A DNA stretch of 64,000 nucleotides from Squalus acanthias. Lineage: Eukaryota. The stretch covers positions 77,564,001-77,628,000 of the forward strand of contig CM059432.1 of the NCBI GenBank assembly GCA_030390025.1, in the 5' to 3' direction. Below, in pieces: positions 48,734 to 61,270 of this stretch. Positions within the stretch are counted from its first letter, which is position 1; every line of letters begins with the position of its first letter. The notes under the pieces were generated by a model. That model did no database searches, had not been told where the DNA came from, and saw nothing but the letters and a program-made list of their open reading frames with translations. The position numbers and the translations under genes were made by a program.

Positions 48734-51700
48734 ATCTAGACTGACATTTCAGTGAAGTACTGAGGAAGTTCTCAGCTGACTATCAAAAACTGGGAGCACT
48801 GTACAACAGAGGCGTCAACCATGGAGAGAAAATCGCAAAAGTGCTATCTTTCAGATCAGACATCAAACCAGGCCCTGTCTGCATGTTCCAGTGGTTCAGA
48901 TGGATATATTCCATGGCGTTATTAGAAGATTAGCAAGTTCTGCTAGTTCCTGACCAACATTCCTCGCTCAACCAATATAACAAAAAACAACTTAACTCGT
49001 CATCCATCAAATTTGCTGTTTGTTGGATCTTTGTGTGTGCAAATTAGCTGCAACATTTGCCTACATAACAATGGTGACTACACTTAATTATACATCATTC
49101 TGAATCAGTCCCTGTTGTTATAGTGGGAGCTAATTACATTGTTAGAACTGTCAGAACTCAACCTAAGCTGCTTCTATACAGGACCCACTGACTGCCATTC
49201 GTCTCTCCATGCCTGCTGAACTGACCATCCCATTTTGTCTGTCACGGTGGGGTACACACAATCAGCTAGTTATGACCTGACAAATATCTACCAGGAATAC
49301 ACAATCAGCTAATAATGACTTAACAACAATCATGATGGATTTGCTTGACCCGTAAGTTGGCAGCCACAGAGGGAACCCTCCATTGAACAGTGATATATTG
49401 CTCGACGAGGTAATGGGATACGTTTTGAACCATGAACTTTCCTCAGCCACTGAGCTCTTTAAAGAAAAGGATGTGTGTGCACATCACATTCTAATGACAG
49501 TGAATATACCCACTGCTGAAAACAGTGATTAGTCAAAGAGTCTCAAGGGTACAGATGACAGCTGATAACAGACTGTTAACCCCCATGAGTACTGAAATTT
49601 CTCTGCAGCTTACAATGTGGAGGCATTATTTTATGAAGTAAAAGGCAGGGTCGGTTTTATACTGCACCTGAGGTCTGTGAATCAGGGTAATATTATCAGG
49701 GTTTTGTCCACTCACCCAGAACTTTTTCTGATGACGCTACATGACCTTCAGCTACCCTGAGGTGAAAATCATCACTATATCCTCATATGTATTTAATTTT
49801 GCTTCTAAACCACACACTACTAGTGTATAAATCAACATTATCAAAAAAAAATTTGCCTAAAAAATAACAGTGACTGCACGTCAAAGAAATTCAGATGTGC
49901 AAAGAGCTTCAGGACATTTCTATGATGTCCTAAACCACCATAAGAATTAATGTAAAGGTTTCATCTGTATATATGTTGCTCCACTATCGTACTGTTGCCA
50001 TTTTAGCAAAACATCTATCAAACATTCAAGTGTATAAATCATTCTGCTATATTTATAGGACATCAAAACTTGTCATTGGGGTGTGGTTATACAGCACAGT
50101 TTACTGTACGTTTGATTGCATGTCATTTTAAGCAGAGCTATAGTTAGTATATTCATTTGATATTGTTTATGCTCACTGGAAGTTAATTAAAATGCCTTTC
50201 AAATCAAGTAATTTGAGGAAAAATGGTGCAAAGGAGCAATTTCTGACCAAATAGATTTGGGGTTTGGTATTTTTCTTCTGACCAATTTACATTTACATTT
50301 CAAAATAATGCCATTTTGGCACTTTGTATGGAGTTGGAGTAATGGAAGCAAAATAACTGGTTCTTCATTAGTAGGTCACACAAGTGCTAATCATCTAAAA
50401 TTGCATTCAAAGTTACAGTAAATATTTTATAAGTAAGATAATTTCTACATTCATTACTTTTTTTATCTTGCTCTTTTATACCTGCTGCATCATATATTAC
50501 TCCAATTCAAAATAATGGGTAGGCAATCTGATCTCAGGCCTCTGCAATTCTGTAACCAATCACTTGGAAGTGCAAGAGACCTGCCCAGATTCACCCACAC
50601 TGATATATCCTCTCCTGTTTTGAGGAAGTACCTTTGCTCTGCTCCTCCCCAATAATACTAGTGATCAGTAACTCATTGCATGAGGAATCAAGGGTGCGAA
50701 GCAGCATCACAGTGTCCTGTCCTGTTTCTCCTAATTCTACCTTTTTTCCCAAACATCCACTTTCAAACTTGGATAATGCTTTCCAGCTAGATCACTGGCC
50801 ATACGCCCCTATGAGATAGTTCTCCCCCTCACTTTGCTGTCATGTGAAGACTAGCACTTTAGTCTCAAGGGTTAGGATCACTTCTTATTGAACATGTGTT
50901 ACCTGATGTGTTTAATAAGCAACAAACCAGATCCTATTCAAAGATTTAAAGCAACACAGTCTTCATGAAAAAATGCTGAGCAAAGCCAGAACATTGAACG
51001 TGTCATTTTCTTCATGATTATGTCACATTAAAATTAATACAATGACGTGTTCTGAAGCAATTTACATCAATACAGGAGTTGCTTGTAAACAGATAAACCA
51101 CTTTTTGCTACCTTTAAACCACCTTTAAATATTTTAGCAAAGATAGTCTGTAAATGTTAAAGATAGCAAAAACTGATACTCATAATTTAAGCTTCACTAC
51201 ATGCCAGAAAGAGTAATTTGATGATGAGTTGGTGATGATTATTACTTCATTTCTAAATATAGTTATATTTTTTATGATAAGGCTGGCTAGTCACTGTGTG
51301 TGTTATGCCAGCACTCATCTTTGGGCTTTATTAGAATAAGAAAATCAGTTTAAATGAGAATTGCCCAAAATACCATTATGATAGGCTTTTCAGAACTAAA
51401 ATATACGTAAAAAGTGAAGAATAAAATTGTGACCAGAAAATCGTGTCTTGTGCATTTGATTGGTTATTCTAACAGAGTACAGGGACATGGAATGTGTAGT
51501 ATCATAAAAAGATTCATGTGAATAACTACATTAGCAATAAAGATAACGTAGTGTGGCTGCTGCTTCTGGATGATTGCACAGAGGAAATTGAAATCTCAGT
51601 GTTTATAGATAATAATCATTAAATATGCTTTGTATAAAAGAAAAGACCGCTCTGTTGTCGACGAACCTCACGGTAAATATTATGGAAAATATGCTCATGA

Positions 51701-52130
51701 AAAGAAAACTTACTCAAAAGAATAAATTTTGCGAGAAGGTAATTACAACCAGAAGAGATAGGCTGAGTGATAGTAACACTGGAGCTGGTATACGAATTGA
51801 TTCTGAATCACATTACTTATCTACCTATATTCCACATTTATTTAACCAGTGTGCATATGTGATTGCTACAAGGTCAGTTGAAAGTTGAAAATAAACTTTA
51901 GAAAAGGTTTTGCCAAAATCAACACATATAAGAACCAAAAATCTTTTATTAATATAGTCATTTCTTTTGTCCTTTCATAATTAGGCAAATATTCTTAGCC
52001 ATGAATAGCTGTTTAAATGGAAAAGAAGTTTTAAGAACTGAACAAGGTCAATAGGTCCAAGTCTGTCCCTTTTTTAATTCTTCAAATACATTTTCCCACC
52101 TTCTCACCTCAACCGTAGAAACACATCGGT

Positions 52131-54700
52131 CTATTTGCTTAATTGGTACTTCAGTTTCTGAAGTCTGGACGGAGTCAAACTCATGATGTGTTCATGATCA
52201 AGTAGTTCACGATCATGTCTTGGTTCATTTCTAGCAGAGATCATTTGAACTACATGCACAGTTTGGATTTTGTCACCAATTTCAACCAAATATCTCTTGG
52301 TTCCACCAACTTCTACTATGGTTCCTACATCCCACTTGTGTGAACCCGACTTGCCAGGGGGACTGAGAACACGAACACACTCGTTTTGTTTGAAACTGCG
52401 TTCTTTCTGATTGGTGTCATAATAATGTTTCTGACTCAACTGTTTCTATTCAACTCTTGAGGCCAATTTCAGTTGAACAAGACTCAATCATGTTCTCAAT
52501 CTCCTTTTCATCAAGAGTTCTGCTGGGGTATATCCAGTTGTAGTGTGCAGAGTAGTTCTGTACTTCAGCAAGAAATTTGCTAAACGTTGCTTCATGCTGA
52601 GTCCCGAACAACACTGCAACACTTGCTTTTTGAGAGCTTCTTTCACTATTCTGACTGACCTTTCAGCTGCTCCGTTTGAAGCTGGATGATATGGTGGAAC
52701 GAGAGTGTGTTTGATACCGTTCGGTTTCATGAATTCTTGGAATAGAGCAGAACGGAACTGAGGGCCATTATCAGAAACAAGCTCTTCAGGTAAGCCATGA
52801 CATGCGAAGATAGACCTCAACTCATCTATGGTACATTCAATATTTGAACCCATGTGTTTCACTTCAATCCACTTTGAGTAACTACAAGTACCAGGAAATA
52901 AGTATTTGCTTTCTCACAGAAGTCTACATGTACTCTCTGAAAAAGGTCTACTTGGCCATGACCAGGGTTGTAGTGGAGTTTTGGGTGGTTTGTTTCTGCA
53001 ATTTTGACAAAAGCTGCATTTGCTGACAAGTGATTCAAGATCACTGTCCAATCCAGGCCAGTAAAAAAAGCTTCTTGCAATTGATTTCATACTGACGATC
53101 CCTGGATGTTCAGTATGAAGTTCGGCCAGAATTCTATCTCTCCAAGAAGTAGGTACCACCACTCTGCTTCCCCACTTGATACAGCCTTGCTCACAAGACA
53201 ATTCAGTACGACAGTATTGGAATGGTTTCAATTCTGTGTCCATACACTGATCAGTCCATCCATTCAAGGTGTTTTCATACACTCTTTTCAGTACTGAGTC
53301 CTTTTGAGTCTCATGTGCAATCTCAGTTACATTCACGGGAAAGTCTTTGTCAACTGCACCTAGTGTGAAAATAGCACCTTCACTCCCAACACACGAGTCC
53401 TCATGTGGCAACCTGGACAAGACATCTGCGATTGCATTTTGCTTTGAAGTGCGATATTCAATTGTGTAGTCATATTGTGACAACAACACTGCCCAATGTT
53501 GCATTCTTGATGCGGCCGTTGCAGGGATGGCAGATTTGGGCCCCAATATTGCTAGGAGCGGTTTGTGATCGGTTATCAGGGTAAACTTTCTGCCGATCAG
53601 GAACTGTTGGAGTTTCTTGATTCCAAACACTATAGTGAGTGCTTCCTTTTCAATTTGCGCGTAGTTGCTTTCACTCTTTGTGAGGGTTCGCGCTGCGAAC
53701 ATGACTGGTTTCTCTTGGCCGTCATCCATTACATGGCTTATGACAGCTCCCACACCATAGCTGGAAGCATCACACGCTAACAAGCTCGCGCTCTGTGCCG
53801 TAGTACACAAGTAGAGCATCGCTAGACAGACTTCTCTTACAAGCGTCATAAGCTTCCTGTTGCGCTTTCGTCCACTTTCACTGGACATCCTTCTTGAGGA
53901 GCTCGTGCAATGTAGCTAACATGGTTGCTAACTCAGGCAAGAAACGTGCGTAGTACTGGACCATTCCAAGGAAAGATCTTAACTCAGACACAATCTGTGG
54001 CTTTGGAGCATTGATGATAGGATCAACCTTTTCCTTCACTGGTTGCAAGCCATTTGCATCAACTTTCAGACCAAGGTACACAACCTTGGGCTGCACAAAA
54101 GCACATTTGCTCCTTTTCAATTTGACGTTGTGGGCATTCAACTTTTGAAGCACTATATCTAACACTTCTAGATTTTATTCCTCGCTGCTTATTGCGATCA
54201 GCACATCATCTTGATTGCATAAGCAATTTGGAACTCCTTGCAAAATCTTATCCATCATAGCCTGGAAGATTTTGGGGGAGGACTTTACACCATACGGCAG
54301 CTTGGTGTATGAGTACAGTCCCTTGTGTGTATTGATGGTGAGATACTGTTGACTCTCTTTGTCAACATTCAGTTGAGCGTAAGTGTGCGACTGGTCAAGC
54401 TTGGAGAAAACCTTTGACCCAGAGAGTGCAGCATACAAATCTTGCGATGTAGGTAATGGGTACTGCTCATTGTCAACTGCTTGGTTGATAGTAACTTTGT
54501 AGTCATCGCACAAGCGTACAGTTTTGTCTGCTTTGGGCACTACCACGATCGGGGTAGCCCATTCACTTTTGTCAGTTTTTAATAGCACTCCGTTATCTCT
54601 CAGCTTTGCTAGCTCTCCCTCCACCTGACTTTTCAACGCATAGGGGATCAGCCTTGCCTTACAATAGACAGGTTGGATTTGATGCGGATATTCGCGTCAT
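52131..54700 (-). pseudogene. Gypsy pol (RT, RNase H, integrase), frameshifted
   Basis: WATPIVVVPK, LPYGVKSSP, QDDVL, ACDASSYGVGAV, TDHKPL, H-x3-H...C-x2-C, SDNGPQF, HPASNGAAER. Confidence 0.92.
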
Positions 54701-54781
54701 ACCCAGTGTTGCCCTCATAACTGTCTGTGAACATACTTTTGTACTTGTTCAGCATTGTGTTGAGTCGCTTCTTTGAAGCAT

Positions 54782-56049
54782 CTACAGTGCAGATATTTTC
54801 CAGTCTAGTTTTAACTTTCTCAACCAGTCTTTACCCATGAGGGTTGGCCTGTTGTTGTAGCTCACTACAATAATAGGCAGCTTTACTAACTGGCCATTGT
54901 GTTGAACTGTACATTCCATTTGTCCACATGTCTCTAGGATTTCTCCGGAGTAGGTTTTCAACTCTACGGTACTCTTTGTAAGTGGTATTTGATTAAACTT
55001 ACTCTCATATGTGTCCTTACTCATGATAGAGCAGTCCGCCGCCATGTCGATACACATATCAATATATTGCTCGTTGATCAAAAGTTTTGTATGGAAGTCT
55101 TTCTCACGACTGCCACTGTTGCTGCTAGTGGCATAGATACTGTAGATGCCTAGTTCTTCAACATCAGGTGCGTTCACTTCAATATCGTGAACTCCTCCCT
55201 TTTGTTGTTGCTGCTTTGCATTGCCACTAGAATGGTTCTTACTTCCTGCTTTAGATCTAGCTCTGCAAGCTGTTGAAATATGGCCTTGCTTCTGGCAGTG
55301 AAAACACTTTCCATTTCTGTATTGGCAGGACTGTGGTGAGTGATTTCCATTGCAGCGACAACAATTCACTGAACTGCTCTCACCGACATGCTTTTGACTC
55401 GGTCTCTTAGCTTTAGGTTTAGCGGTGGCTTTGTGACTGTAGACCTCAGCTGCACTAGTCACTTGAGTTGGATGGAGCTCCCTAGCATTCTTAGACGCCA
55501 TCTCCATAGATAGGGCAATTTTGCATGCTATGTCAAACGTTAGGTTCGGAGTGTTCAATAACTTGGACTGTGTGCGCTCATCCATCAGTCCACACACAAA
55601 CTTATCTCGCAAAGCACGATCCAAAAATGTGCCGAAGTTACAATGCAAAGACAGGTTCTTAAGAGCTACAATGTACTCACTGATGGTTTCACTTTGATTT
55701 TGGTTTCTGGTACCAAACTTAAATCTCTCTGCTATTTCTAACGGCTTTGGGTCAAAATGGTCCTCGAGTTTCTCAACAATGTCTTCAAACGACAAAACCT
55801 TTGCTTTCCCTGGCGCGAGTAGGTTTGTCAACGTTCCGTAGACATCTGACCCGATCGCTGTTAGAAAATTGCTTTTTTCCGTTCATGAATTATTTTATTT
55901 TGAGCTTCAACATTCTCATCTGCACCTTCGGTCTCAATAACGTTATTGGCTTTAAAAAAAAACTCCATCCGCTCAATGTAAGAACTGAAAGGTTCGCGAG
56001 CTCGGTCATACATGCCAAGGTTTCCGATGGATCCCATAGGCATGGCCAT
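54782..56049 (-). pseudogene. Gypsy gag-protease, frameshifted
   Basis: YIERMEFFFKAN, ERFKF, LRDKFVCGL, zinc knuckles CCRCNGNHSPQSC and CFHCQKQGHISTAC, protease IDMAA...LMGKDWL. Confidence 0.9.
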
Positions 56050-56283
56050 GATTGTCCGAATCCCGTCGAACAGTGACTCAGCACGCTACCTGTGTACATG
56101 TGAGAATCAACACTGCTGTTGCTGTGTATACATACACGCGAAGGCGAAGCACAGGCGATTCTGCATCAGCATTAACAGTAAACATCTCAAAAATTCAGTT
56201 TAGGTGTCACAAATTCACCTTAAACTTGTCCACTCGAAGGTTGAATACTGTGTCCTTCCATGATCCCTAAAAATGCCTTTGGG

Positions 56284-56301
56284 ATCCCATCCTCGTCGCC
56301 A
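56284..56301 (-). promoter_or_regulatory. Primer-binding site complementary to tRNA-Ser(GCT) 3' end
   Basis: Minus strand TGGCGACGAGGATGGGAT; the + strand ATCCCATCCTCGTCGCCA equals the remembered 3' 18 nt of vertebrate tRNA-Ser(GCT). Confidence 0.85.
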
Positions 56302-56304
56302 AAA

Positions 56305-56429
56305 TCTAATATACTTGGGTAGAACAAATGAAGGACAGACACACGATGAGTTGCTAGTTCATGTGCTTTCTTTATTAGGCCAGAGCGAACTGAGCATGCT
56401 CATACCAAACCATGTGATAATACATTACA
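56305..56429 (-). repeat. Short 5' LTR of the Gypsy element
   Basis: Minus strand TGTAAT...ATTAGA (one change from ATTACA), AATAAA inside, 3 nt from PBS. Confidence 0.6.
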
Positions 56430-56647
56430 TAGTGAAACCTCTACACCCAGTGCAGCTGATGTCTCCTTTCCACAGGAAAAACAATGAAGGCGTTTCCCTT
56501 GTAAACCTCACATTTGTCACTTGCTTGGTACATGCAGACTGCCAGCTGTAGCAGTGACTTGAGGATCTGGTCGTGTGAAAGCATCATGCTGCTGTAACCT
56601 TCAATTCTGCAGGAACAGCTGTCCCTGCTCCAGATGTTGTCTGCAGG

Positions 56648-57205
56648 TCATAGGAACAGGAGTAGGCATTGATCCCTCGAGCCTGTTCCGCCATTCAATG
56701 AGAGCATGACTGATCTGTGACCTAACTCCATATACCTGCCTTTGGCCCATATCCCTTAATACCTTTAGTTAACAAAAAGCTATCAATCCCAGATTTCAAA
56801 TTAACAATTGATCTAGCATCAATTGCCATTTGCGGAAGAGAGTTCCAAACTTCTACCAACCTTTGTATGTAGAAGTGTTTCTTAATTTCACTCCTGAAAG
56901 GTCTGGCTCTAATTTTTAGACTATGCCCCCTAGTCCTAGAATCCCCAACCAGTGGAAATAGTTTCTCTCTATCTACCCTATCTGTTCCCCTTAATATCTT
57001 GAAAACTTCGACCAGATCACCCCTTAATCTTCTAAATTCTAGGGAATATAACCCTAATTTGTGTAATCTCTCCTCGTAACTTAACCCTTGAAGTCCGGGT
57101 ATCATTCTGGTAAACCTACGCTGCGCTCCCTCCAAGGCCAGTATATCCTTCCTAAGATGTGGTGCCCAGAACTGCTCACAGTACTCCAGGTGTGGTCTAA
57201 CCAGG
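56648..57205 (-). mobile_element. CR1 LINE 3' fragment
   Basis: LVRPHLEYCEQFWAPH...RRLRGDLVE...IKGYGPKAGIWS*. Confidence 0.93.
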
Positions 57206-57867
57206 TCATTGTGCAACAGTTGGTACAATTCAGTGGCAGCCTGTCTTGCAAAGCCATGGTGGCAAAGACTGGACTCTTCTGACATGCCCAGGTACATGGG
57301 AAGGGTTTTATAAATGCAGGTATTGATAGGAACGGTCAAATCACCTCAGGTGTTTTTGCATCTATAATTCTTATACCCTTATGAACTCGTACGTCCTCAT
57401 CTAAATCATGCAGCGCTATGGGAATTCCTAATGGAATTCCCAATTCACAACATTTTGTGTGACGGGATTTAAATGCCAGGAACAACCAATAATAATGAAG
57501 GAGCATATTGCTAGGGGGAAAACAAATCAAAAAATGTTAAAATGGCAGACAACCTAGTAATTCTGACACCTAGGGCTGAATTTTTACCTGTGAATGGGTT
57601 CGGGTGCAGGGGTGAGGGGCGTGTAGTGGGTCTTAACTAATTATTAACTTAATTAGATCACTTGACTGAGTCATGCAGGCTTCCCGGCCAATTAAATGGA
57701 GCGGGTTTGATGATATCATAGATGACTCAACTTCAACTCACCTATTTAAAGGGGCAGTAGACAGATGAGAGTTGAAGGTTGTTGGAGGTGGTCGTAAGAG
57801 GTGTCTGTTGGTGTTACAGCCAATAGTTTGACTTTGACAGTGAGGGTGCAATCATTTAGAAGCAACG

Positions 57868-59719
57868 ATGCAGTCTCAGCGCCAGAAAGCTGCGCTTAGG
57901 TTTTCAGATTCCTCCCTGGAAATCCTGCTCCAGGGAGTGAGACCAAGGAAGGAGGTCCTCTTCCCTGGTGACAGCAGGAAGAGGCCAGCCAGTGAAACCA
58001 AGAGGGCATGGCTGGAGATCGCCCAAGAAGTGAGCAGCAGTGGTGTTATCAGCTGCTCCTGGATTCAATGCAGGAAGAGATTTAATGACCTCATGAGGTC
58101 AGGAAAGGTGAGTACAATACCAGATTCAATTACATCCTGATGTGTGTGTCACCTCAACTCCATCACTCTGCCTTCCCAAGCCTACTCCTGCACATCACTC
58201 CTCACACCAACTATCTTGCAGGGGCACCCATCCCTCACTGTCTATGCACCTACTCACGTCCCTATCTGAATATCCATCACTGACACACACCCTCAGCCTA
58301 ATGCAATCATAGAAAGTAATGCCATAGAAGGAGGCCATTTGGCAATGTCATGCCATTCCCTCATAGTCACCCTCTACAGATGTAGCCCATCCATCCCCGA
58401 CACTCATTCCATCACTCTCACTCAAAGTTCTCTTCTTTCCCTCCTTGCAGGAGAAGAGAGCCCGGAACAACAGGGAGAGACTGAGAACCGGAGGTGGTCC
58501 TCCAATTTACACTACATTGACGCCAGCAGAGGAGGAGGCACTGGAATTAAGCGGTGTGGCAGAGCTACTGGCGGTGGGAGATGGAGAGAGGGGGACCCCC
58601 AGCAACCTGGTGACAATTGAATATCATACAGCCACATGGCATACAACAGTCACTCATGGTGACTTAATGTCAGCAGCCAGTGAAATATCATGATGTACAT
58701 AATGGTAAAGTTAAACATTCTTATCATAAGAGTTCTAATTCATGTCTTTACTCTCCCACAGGCCCATCAAGTGCCCCCTAAGTGTCCAGCTGGAGGAGGA
58801 AGATGACTCCTCAGAGGAAGCTCCACTCTCTGAGGGTGCACCGTCACCAGACCCATGCGCACCCAGCACCTGCGCAGATAGGCACACTTCGGTGGGTCCT
58901 GTGAGACATAGAGTAGTGTTGTCACCTGGTATCTCACACATCACAAGTGAGCAAGAGCAGATGGTGGAGACAGGGACAGCAGTGGAGACTCCTTACCGGA
59001 GTGTGCAGGATGCTCCAAGCTCTGCTCAGCTGGATGCAGATGCTGAACCTCGGGGGCCATCTACAAAGAGGTTGATCTTGGAGGAGCAGCAACAAATGTG
59101 CGAGGCTCTGGCAGCTTTTCCAGCTGCGATGTGCATGATTGTAGAGAGAATGGAGGAGTCCATCTCCAACATGAGCAGCACCATGTCGCAGGCGATGGCG
59201 ACGATGTGCTCTTCCATGGAAAGGATGGCCACCTGCATGGAGCAGCTAATGCGCCAGTCAAACGAGAACCTGCTTGCTGTGAACAACAGCTTGCAGACTC
59301 TTATTGAACTCATCTCTAGGAGAGATACCAACGTAGACTTGGGCATTTATTGCCCCACTGATGTGCAGCAAGATGCTCTCCAGCTCCTTGCTAGCAGAGA
59401 CGTGCAGGTGACCCATGAGAGGGATGATGGTGAGAGGGGACATGGAAGTGGGAGCTCTGCTCAAAGCGCTCCCACTTCTCCCCCATTACCTCCCCCTCAG
59501 GCAGAGTCCCACATGCTGCTTCGGATCCCGATGGCCGAGTCTGCCCCTGCACAGTTGCAGGAGGAGCAGTCTTTGGCGGGGCCCTCACGGGCCCTAAACC
59601 CAGAGGACATCTGCCAAAAGTGTCTAAGCAGTCACAGCAGGGAAGTGAGCAGCCTGCCTCTACCTCTGCTGAAACCACAGGGAGTGCACCTCGTAGAAGC
59701 ACTCGGAAAACAAAAATAA
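57868..59719 (+). pseudogene. Harbinger Myb/SANT-like gene, 3 exons (57868-58107, 58451-58609, 58762-59719), frameshifted
   Basis: Exon 1 RFSDSSLEILL...AWLEIAQEVS...IQCRKRFNDL; aag|gtgagt, ttgcag|, cccacag| splice sites; small indels. Confidence 0.85.
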
Positions 59720-60035
59720 TACAATCCTAGATGCACAAGAGTATGCACAAGGGTGATGCCAAAATGTTAGTGCTAAGTTTCAGTTCTATTTATCACGCAC
59801 ATAAATTTATTTCTTTGCACCACTTTCCCATCTTGTCCATTTTTGCCTGCTACCTGGGAATTGGCCTTGTCAGTTGGAGTGAATGGTGAGACATTACTTA
59901 ACCTTGAGCAATGCATGTGTGTTTGACAGGAATAGTTTGGTCATTTTAGCTCTGCTTTGTGGTGTTACTGTGGGGGTGGGGATGGGGGGGTAGTTGGTGC
60001 AGCATCTGCGTGACAGATGTGTGCACTGGTGCAAC

Positions 60036-61270
60036 TTAACTAAATCGGGCCATTATGAGGCCATCCTCGGCCTCCCGGGCAGCAATGTGCACTGCTGATG
60101 TGCACCTCAGGTTCCTCCTCCTCCTCCTCATGTTCCACCTGCTCCTCCTCCTCCGAAGAGGCTGTGCGCTCTGCGCCTTGCTCCTCCTGCAGCTCTAAGC
60201 CTCGCTGCTGCGCTATGTTGTGCAGCATGCAACAAACGACAATGATTCTGGAGACCCTGGCTGGTGCGTACTGAAGGGCTCCTCCAGATCTGTCAAGGCA
60301 TCTGAAGCGCATCTTCAGCATTCCGATTGCTTGCTCTATGACACATCTGGTCGTCATGTGGTTTCATTATAATGCTCCTCAGCCTCATTGCTTGGCCTCC
60401 TCAAGGGTGTCATCAGCCACGTTTTCAGTGGATAGCCCTTGTCTCCAAGCAGCCAGCCAGTAAGTCTGTTCGGAGGTGCGAAGAGCTGAGGGAGGGTGGA
60501 CTGGCACAGAATGAAAGAGTCATGACAGCTCCCTGGGAATCTGGTGCACACATGCATGATGATCTTTTTATGGTTTCAGATGGGCTACACATTGAGGGAT
60601 TGGAGGCCCTTCCAGTTCACGGACAGTCCTAGGTGATCTGGGGGTGCCTTGATAGCCACATGTATGCAGTCGATGACACCCTGCACCCGTGGAAAGCCAG
60701 CCAGAGCCACAAAGCCGAGCGCCCACTCAGTAACACTGGCTTCGTCAGTAGCAAAGTGTACATAATTGGCTGACTTGTGAAACATGGCATCGGTCAGCTG
60801 GGTGATGCATCTGTGGGCGGCCGACTGCGAGATCCTGCAAATGTCTGCTGCAGATCCCTGGAAGGAGCTTGAGGTGAAGAGTTGAGGGCAGTGGTGACTT
60901 TGACAGCCACTGGTAAGGCGTGTCCACCGGGTCCTCTGGGCAGCAGGTGTTGTTCCAGCAAGTTACAAATGTCTGCCATGATCTGGCGTGATAGCCTGAG
61001 CCTCCTGAAGCACTGCTGCTCAGTCATGTCCAGGAAGCTCATCCTCTGCCTGTGTTGGGAGTGTTGCCTCCGGTGAGGTGCACCCCTGTGCTGACCCCCT
61101 CTCTCCTGTGGAGCATCAGGTCGCTGAGGAGAAGGCTGCTGGTGTTGTGGCTGCTGGTGTTGTTGCTGCTGCTGCTGGTGTTGTTGGTGCTGCTGTTGGT
61201 GTTGTTGGTGCTGGGGCTCATCTTGGTCCGAATCTGAGGTCCAAGGGGAAACAGCATAAGTGGCACCCAT
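60036..61270 (-). pseudogene. Harbinger DDE transposase, frameshifted, with N-terminal poly-Q/H tract
   Basis: MGATYAV...QHQQHQQQ..., [45 protein letters not shown], ending MARFS*. Confidence 0.92.

Larger units (their letters stand above)
47262..49085 (+). mobile_element. Deu-domain-type SINE (AmnSINE1/SacSINE1-like) split by hAT insertion (47262-47305 and 48734-49085)
   Basis: Head GGTTCAAGT...CCAGGATTTGAG..ATAAT(G/C)TAGAC resumes after the insertion as TGACATTTCAGTGAAGTACTGAGG; body resembles the remembered Deu-domain consensus. Confidence 0.65.
52050..56429 (-). mobile_element. Degenerate Ty3/Gypsy LTR retrotransposon (Mag-like), 3' LTR missing
   Basis: Domain order gag (2x CCHC) - protease - RT - RNase H - integrase; PBS and short 5' LTR present. 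Confidence 0.93.

Noticed and set aside
56284..56301. tRNA-Ser gene
   Set aside because: Only the 3' 18 nt including CCA, adjacent to an LTR: a primer-binding site.
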